DNA of 41,484 nucleotides from a bacterium (GTDB lineage: Bacteria; SAR324; XYD2-FULL-50-16), in NCBI GenBank assembly GCA_032250835.1, contig JAVVEA010000024.1:1-41484 (forward strand). The letters are read 5' to 3'. The notes below the pieces were generated by a model. The model had not been told where the DNA came from. It did no database searches and was given only the letters and a program-made list of their open reading frames with translations. Numbering within the stretch: the stretch's first letter is position 1; each line of letters begins with the position of its first letter. Below are positions 38,036 through 41,484 of the stretch, in pieces. The position numbers and the translations under genes are program-made.

Positions 38036-39510
38036 GCGAAACCCCATCATCCCTGGTTACCAAGGTCTGGAACTATGCCCACGTGCTTCGCGAGCAGGGC
38101 ATTAGCTACGGCGACTACCTGGAGCAGATCACCTACCTGCTCTTCCTCAAGATGGACGAGGAGCGCACCGAGTACCTTGGCCAGCCTTCGATCCTGCCCA
38201 AGGGCTTCCAATGGGAAGACTTGGTAAAGCTGGACGGAGACGACCTGGAAGCCCACTACCGGAAAACCTTGGAGAAGCTGGCGGCTGAACCGGGGATCAT
38301 CGGGACCATCTTCCGCAAATCCCAGAACAAGCTCAGCGACCCGGCCAAGCTCAAACGGGTGGTCTCCATGATCGCCGGTGAAACCTGGATGGGGATTCAG
38401 GTGGACGTGAAGGGGGCGATTTATGAAGGCCTGCTGGAAAAGAACGCGTCCGAGGTCAAATCCGGTGCGGGGCAGTATTTTACGCCCCGTGCTGTGATCC
38501 AGGCGATGGTCGAATTGGTCGCTCCCAAGGTAGGAGAAACCGTCCATGACCCAGCCTGCGGCACCGGTGGCTTCCTTTTGGAAGCCTATGAACAAATGAA
38601 GGAGCAAACCCACGATATTTCCAAGATCAGGCAATTGCGCGAGAAAACCTTCAGCGGAACGGACATTGTTCCCGATGTGGTCCGATTATGTGCGATGAAC
38701 CTTTACTTGCACGGCCTGGGCGGTGGAAACAGTCCAATTGAGGAGGCCGATGCCCTGCTTTCCGATTCGGGGACTCGCTATGACGTGATCCTAACCAACC
38801 CGCCCTTTGGCAAAAAGTCCAGCTACCGCTACGTGGACGAAGAGGGCGACATCCAGACCGAGACCGAGGAATACTCGCGGGAGGATTTCCGGTTCAGCAC
38901 CAGCAACAAGCAATTGAACTTCCTCCAGCACATCATGACGGTGATGAAGCTGACCGGCAAGGCAGGCGTGGTGCTGCCGGACAACGTGCTTTTTGAGACC
39001 GGCCAAGCTGGAGAGGGGATACGAAAACGCCTACTCCAGCAATTCGATTTCCATACCCTGCTTAGGCTTCCTACGGGCATCTTCTATAAGCCGGGCGTCA
39101 AGGCCAACGTGCTCTTTTTCGACCGCAAGCCTCCTCGGGCCGACCAAAAGCCTTGGACCAAGGAGCTTTGGATATACGACCTGCGAACCAACCTGCACTT
39201 CACCCTCAAGAAGAACCCCTTGAAGCGGGCCGACCTGGACGACTTCGTAGCCTGCTACTCGGCCCAGGACCGAAGCAAACGCAAGGAAACCGAGCGTTTC
39301 AAGAAGTTCACTTACGAGGAGCTGATCGCCAGGGACCATACGGACCTGAACATCTTCTGGATTCCCGACGAGAGCCTGGAAGACCTGGATAACCTCCCCA
39401 CGCCGGACATCATCGCCCAGGAGATCGTGGACAACCTCGCCGCCGCCTTGGAACAGTTCCGGGGCGTCGCCGAGGAGCTTGGTGGGGAGCCTATTGAGGA
39501 AGTGGAATAG
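38032..39510 (+). CDS. hsdM: Type I R-M methyltransferase subunit
   Basis: GQYFTPR, DPACGTGG (motif I), NPPF (motif IV); start at ATG 38032. Confidence 0.95.
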   Translation: MSETPSSLVTKVWNYAHVLREQGISYGDYLEQITYLLFLKMDEERTEYLGQPSILPKGFQWEDLVKLDGDDLEAHYRKTLEKLAAEPGIIGTIFRKSQNKLSDPAKLKRVVSMIAGETWMGIQVDVKGAIYEGLLEKNASEVKSGAGQYFTPRAVIQAMVELVAPKVGETVHDPACGTGGFLLEAYEQMKEQTHDISKIRQLREKTFSGTDIVPDVVRLCAMNLYLHGLGGGNSPIEEADALLSDSGTRYDVILTNPPFGKKSSYRYVDEEGDIQTETEEYSREDFRFSTSNKQLNFLQHIMTVMKLTGKAGVVLPDNVLFETGQAGEGIRKRLLQQFDFHTLLRLPTGIFYKPGVKANVLFFDRKPPRADQKPWTKELWIYDLRTNLHFTLKKNPLKRADLDDFVACYSAQDRSKRKETERFKKFTYEELIARDHTDLNIFWIPDESLEDLDNLPTPDIIAQEIVDNLAAALEQFRGVAEELGGEPIEEVE

Positions 39511-39825
39511 CCAGATTTTGGCCCTCCTCCAGTCCTACGATGGTGGGGAGGCTAGCAACATGGCCAATTCGCGGCTTTAACGGCCACATTTGAACTTTTC
39601 AATGCTGGGCCGACGGGGGAAGTGAGGGGAAGGGGCTTTACGGCGTTTTTGGGGGCGATTTTTTGCTCTCCTTGGCTGCGAGATACCTCAAGCGATGCTT
39701 TAGGCGTTCCCATAGAACTGGATACCTATTTGGTTCAATGGATCGAATTGCAGCCAGCGGGTTGATGTGAACTGGTGAGCTTGCCCTGCTTTTGTGGAAT
39801 CCCAAGCGATTGGGAGGGACCGAAA

Positions 39826-40902
39826 CTAACTTAGGTCTTTTTTCTTCTGCTTAGCAGGAGCGACGTCGATGATCACAGCGTTGCGTATCTCCCCTTCGAT
39901 ACTTTTAGCGTTAATGGAAAGGATCACTGGTTTCTTACCCCACTCCGCGTCTCTTATCAGCTCTCTAGTCTCGGACAACAGGGAATCGTCCTGCAGGATT
40001 GCTTCAAACTCTTCTTCGGTGGAAGTATCCATGACGCGAACCTTGAAATCTGCGGGCTGGCGGGAATCGACCCGCAAAATTCGATATTTTCCGTCCAACC
40101 TCACCTCTTCCGATTTTCTGCGGCTCGCCTTGACCAATTCCCCGGCGATGTTTTCCTTTAACTCTGCACCTTGAATGGTCGCCGTCTTTGCTGATGCTCC
40201 TGCATGCAGTAACGCTCTGTGACTGTCCTCACCAGCTTCTACGATCTCCTCAAGAATCGCATGTTTGGAAGCTAGGTTGGCAATAATTTTAGCACGTTTT
40301 GTTTCTTCTTCAGAGGCGAACCTTGAGGCCTTGAGGCGTTCGACTTCGGTTTCCTTGTCGAGTTCCTTCAGGCGAATTTCCTTTTTGTTCTCCAAGTATT
40401 TTTTATAAGCGGAGTGTCCTGCCCAGATGACAGCCGTCGCGATAATTCCAAGGACGGCTATGTTTGGATCCACGCTGGCTCCTATTGTTTTAAATAGATT
40501 TTCAGCAATTGGCTGAAAGTCGACTCCAAGAATAGACGACCCTTTTGAAACCTTAACTTGGATTTCGAACAGTTCCTTTTCTTCTTTCGATAGAATGCGG
40601 ATGTCACTCGAACCATGCAGGGACAAACAACAAGCCCGATAGATGGAACTTTGCAAATCCAACATTGCCCGCATCGTTGCGGGGTTCATGCTTTGGTGAA
40701 ACTTCTTCCCTTTCAGGTCGATCTGGATCGTCCCCCAATCGGTCAGGTCCAGTTTAACATTATCTAGATTGGTTTTTCCAGCTAGGTAGTCTTTCAAAAA
40801 CTCGTAGGCTTGAGCTTCGGACCGGATCAACTTTGTGGTTTTAGGTCCTTTTTTTTGGGAACCCCCGCTGGGTGGGGTACGTCGCGGTTGTGCAGCAGGC
40901 AT
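39826..40902 (-). CDS. Hypothetical protein with one central TM helix and a coiled coil (island cargo)
   Basis: 358-aa ORF, GAGG RBS, hydrophobic IAVLGIIATAVIWAG, beta-rich C-terminal domain. Confidence 0.75.
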   Translation of the reverse strand: MPAAQPRRTPPSGGSQKKGPKTTKLIRSEAQAYEFLKDYLAGKTNLDNVKLDLTDWGTIQIDLKGKKFHQSMNPATMRAMLDLQSSIYRACCLSLHGSSDIRILSKEEKELFEIQVKVSKGSSILGVDFQPIAENLFKTIGASVDPNIAVLGIIATAVIWAGHSAYKKYLENKKEIRLKELDKETEVERLKASRFASEEETKRAKIIANLASKHAILEEIVEAGEDSHRALLHAGASAKTATIQGAELKENIAGELVKASRRKSEEVRLDGKYRILRVDSRQPADFKVRVMDTSTEEEFEAILQDDSLLSETRELIRDAEWGKKPVILSINAKSIEGEIRNAVIIDVAPAKQKKKDLS

Positions 40903-41147
40903 CTTTCCTCGTAATTGGCAGCAAAATTTGTCTTAAACTTAGGTGCTAAGGCTAACGGAATCAAGTTTTTTCTATTTGGAGAAGAAGGAGTTGGATGCCT
41001 CACCTGGTCTCTCATCGCCTGGAATCGCGATAGCGTCGCGACGAAATATCCAAGGTGTAGAATATCAAAGTCTGGATATCGTAGGACAACCCTCTGCTCA
41101 ACAACCAGAGCGTCCGCACTGAACCGCTTGTAAGTCTTTAATTTTAT

Positions 41148-41192
41148 TTGAGTGTGAAACCGGATTCGAACCGGCGACCCTCTGCTTGGAAG
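41148..41192 (-). pseudogene. Degenerate 3' half of tRNA-Gly(TCC), relic att site
   Basis: Reverse complement CTTCCAA-GCAGA-GGGTC-GCCGG-TTCGAAT-CCGGT-TTCACAC-T-CAA gives anticodon loop, T-arm and a decayed acceptor strand; no 5' half. Confidence 0.75.
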
Positions 41193-41317
41193 CTAATGAG
41201 CCGCCCAGGAAAAGCCACTTTTCAGTCGGGAAAAACGGAACAGGAAGCAGGTGCGGGCGCTTTTTATCTAATGCAATATATTGTTAATAAAGGATTAAAT
41301 TTCGTATCAGGCACTTT

Positions 41318-41365
41318 CTTCGGGAGCAGGAGGTCGGAAGTTCAAATCTTCTCACCCCGACCAAA
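41318..41365 (+). repeat. attR, 48-bp copy of the tRNA-Pro 3' half
   Basis: Identical to 21304-21351. Confidence 0.95.
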
Positions 41366-41484
41366 TTCCCGCCTTAAAGGGTGAGCGCTTGCTCGGAGCG
41401 CGCCATCTCGGAAGTTCAAATCTTCTCACCCCGACCAAATTCCCGCCTTAAAGGGTGAGCGCTTGCTCGGAGCGCGCCATCTCG
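41334..41484 (+). repeat. 74-bp perfect tandem repeat containing the tRNA-Pro 3' end (two copies plus the start of a third, cut by the window end)
   Basis: Units start at 41334, 41408 and 41482 (TCGGAAGTTCAAATCTTCTCACCCCGACCAAATTCCCGCCTTAAAGGGTGAGCGCTTGCTCGGAGCGCGCCATC). Confidence 0.92.

Larger units (their letters stand above)
21304..41365. mobile_element. ~20-kb tRNA-Pro-integrated genomic island (integrative defence/DNA-modification element)
   Basis: Flanking 48-bp att repeats, integrase next to attL, mosaic base composition, R-M cargo; no recognisable capsid or conjugation genes. Confidence 0.92.

Noticed and set aside
21352-41317. Prophage or ICE
   Set aside because: No terminase, capsid, tail, lysis, relaxase or T4SS genes were recognised.
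41318-41363. Second tRNA-Pro gene
   Set aside because: Only the 3' half is present; this is attR.
41334-41484. CRISPR array (about 30-bp repeat plus 44-bp spacer)
   Set aside because: The spacers are identical and the repeat is a tRNA 3' end.

Overview
This is a bacterial chromosomal window with two parts. Part one (about 1-21,350) is mostly resident genome. It holds a BrnT-like toxin-antitoxin pair beside tRNA-Asp/tRNA-Val, a 118-bp repeat array, an acetolactate synthase-like gene and a dense signalling block. That block contains CheY, a cNMP-domain CheA-like kinase lacking CheW, two convergent TerB/DUF2225-like paralogues around a pseudo-receiver, a ParA plus small-partner cassette, a di-haem peroxidase/cupredoxin/hybrid kinase operon and a kinase/Rcp1-like/REC-kinase operon. 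Part two is a complete ~20-kb integrative island in tRNA-Pro(CGG), bounded by a perfect 48-bp attL/attR repeat (21304-21351 and 41318-41365). It carries a tyrosine integrase, a wHTH Rep-like gene followed by strongly strand-biased long hairpins, and a translationally coupled ParB-like plus DpdA/TGT-like pair (candidate 7-deazaguanine DNA modification, with no precursor-synthesis or dpdB-K genes). It also has several defence-type genes (DUF2971-like, PD-(D/E)xK nuclease) and a type I R-M operon with a putative HhH-GPD-like DNA glycosylase embedded between hsdS and hsdM. The best candidates for an undescribed system are the ParB-DpdA module and the R-M-embedded glycosylase, possibly acting together. 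All family calls come from motifs recognised by eye; no database search was run.
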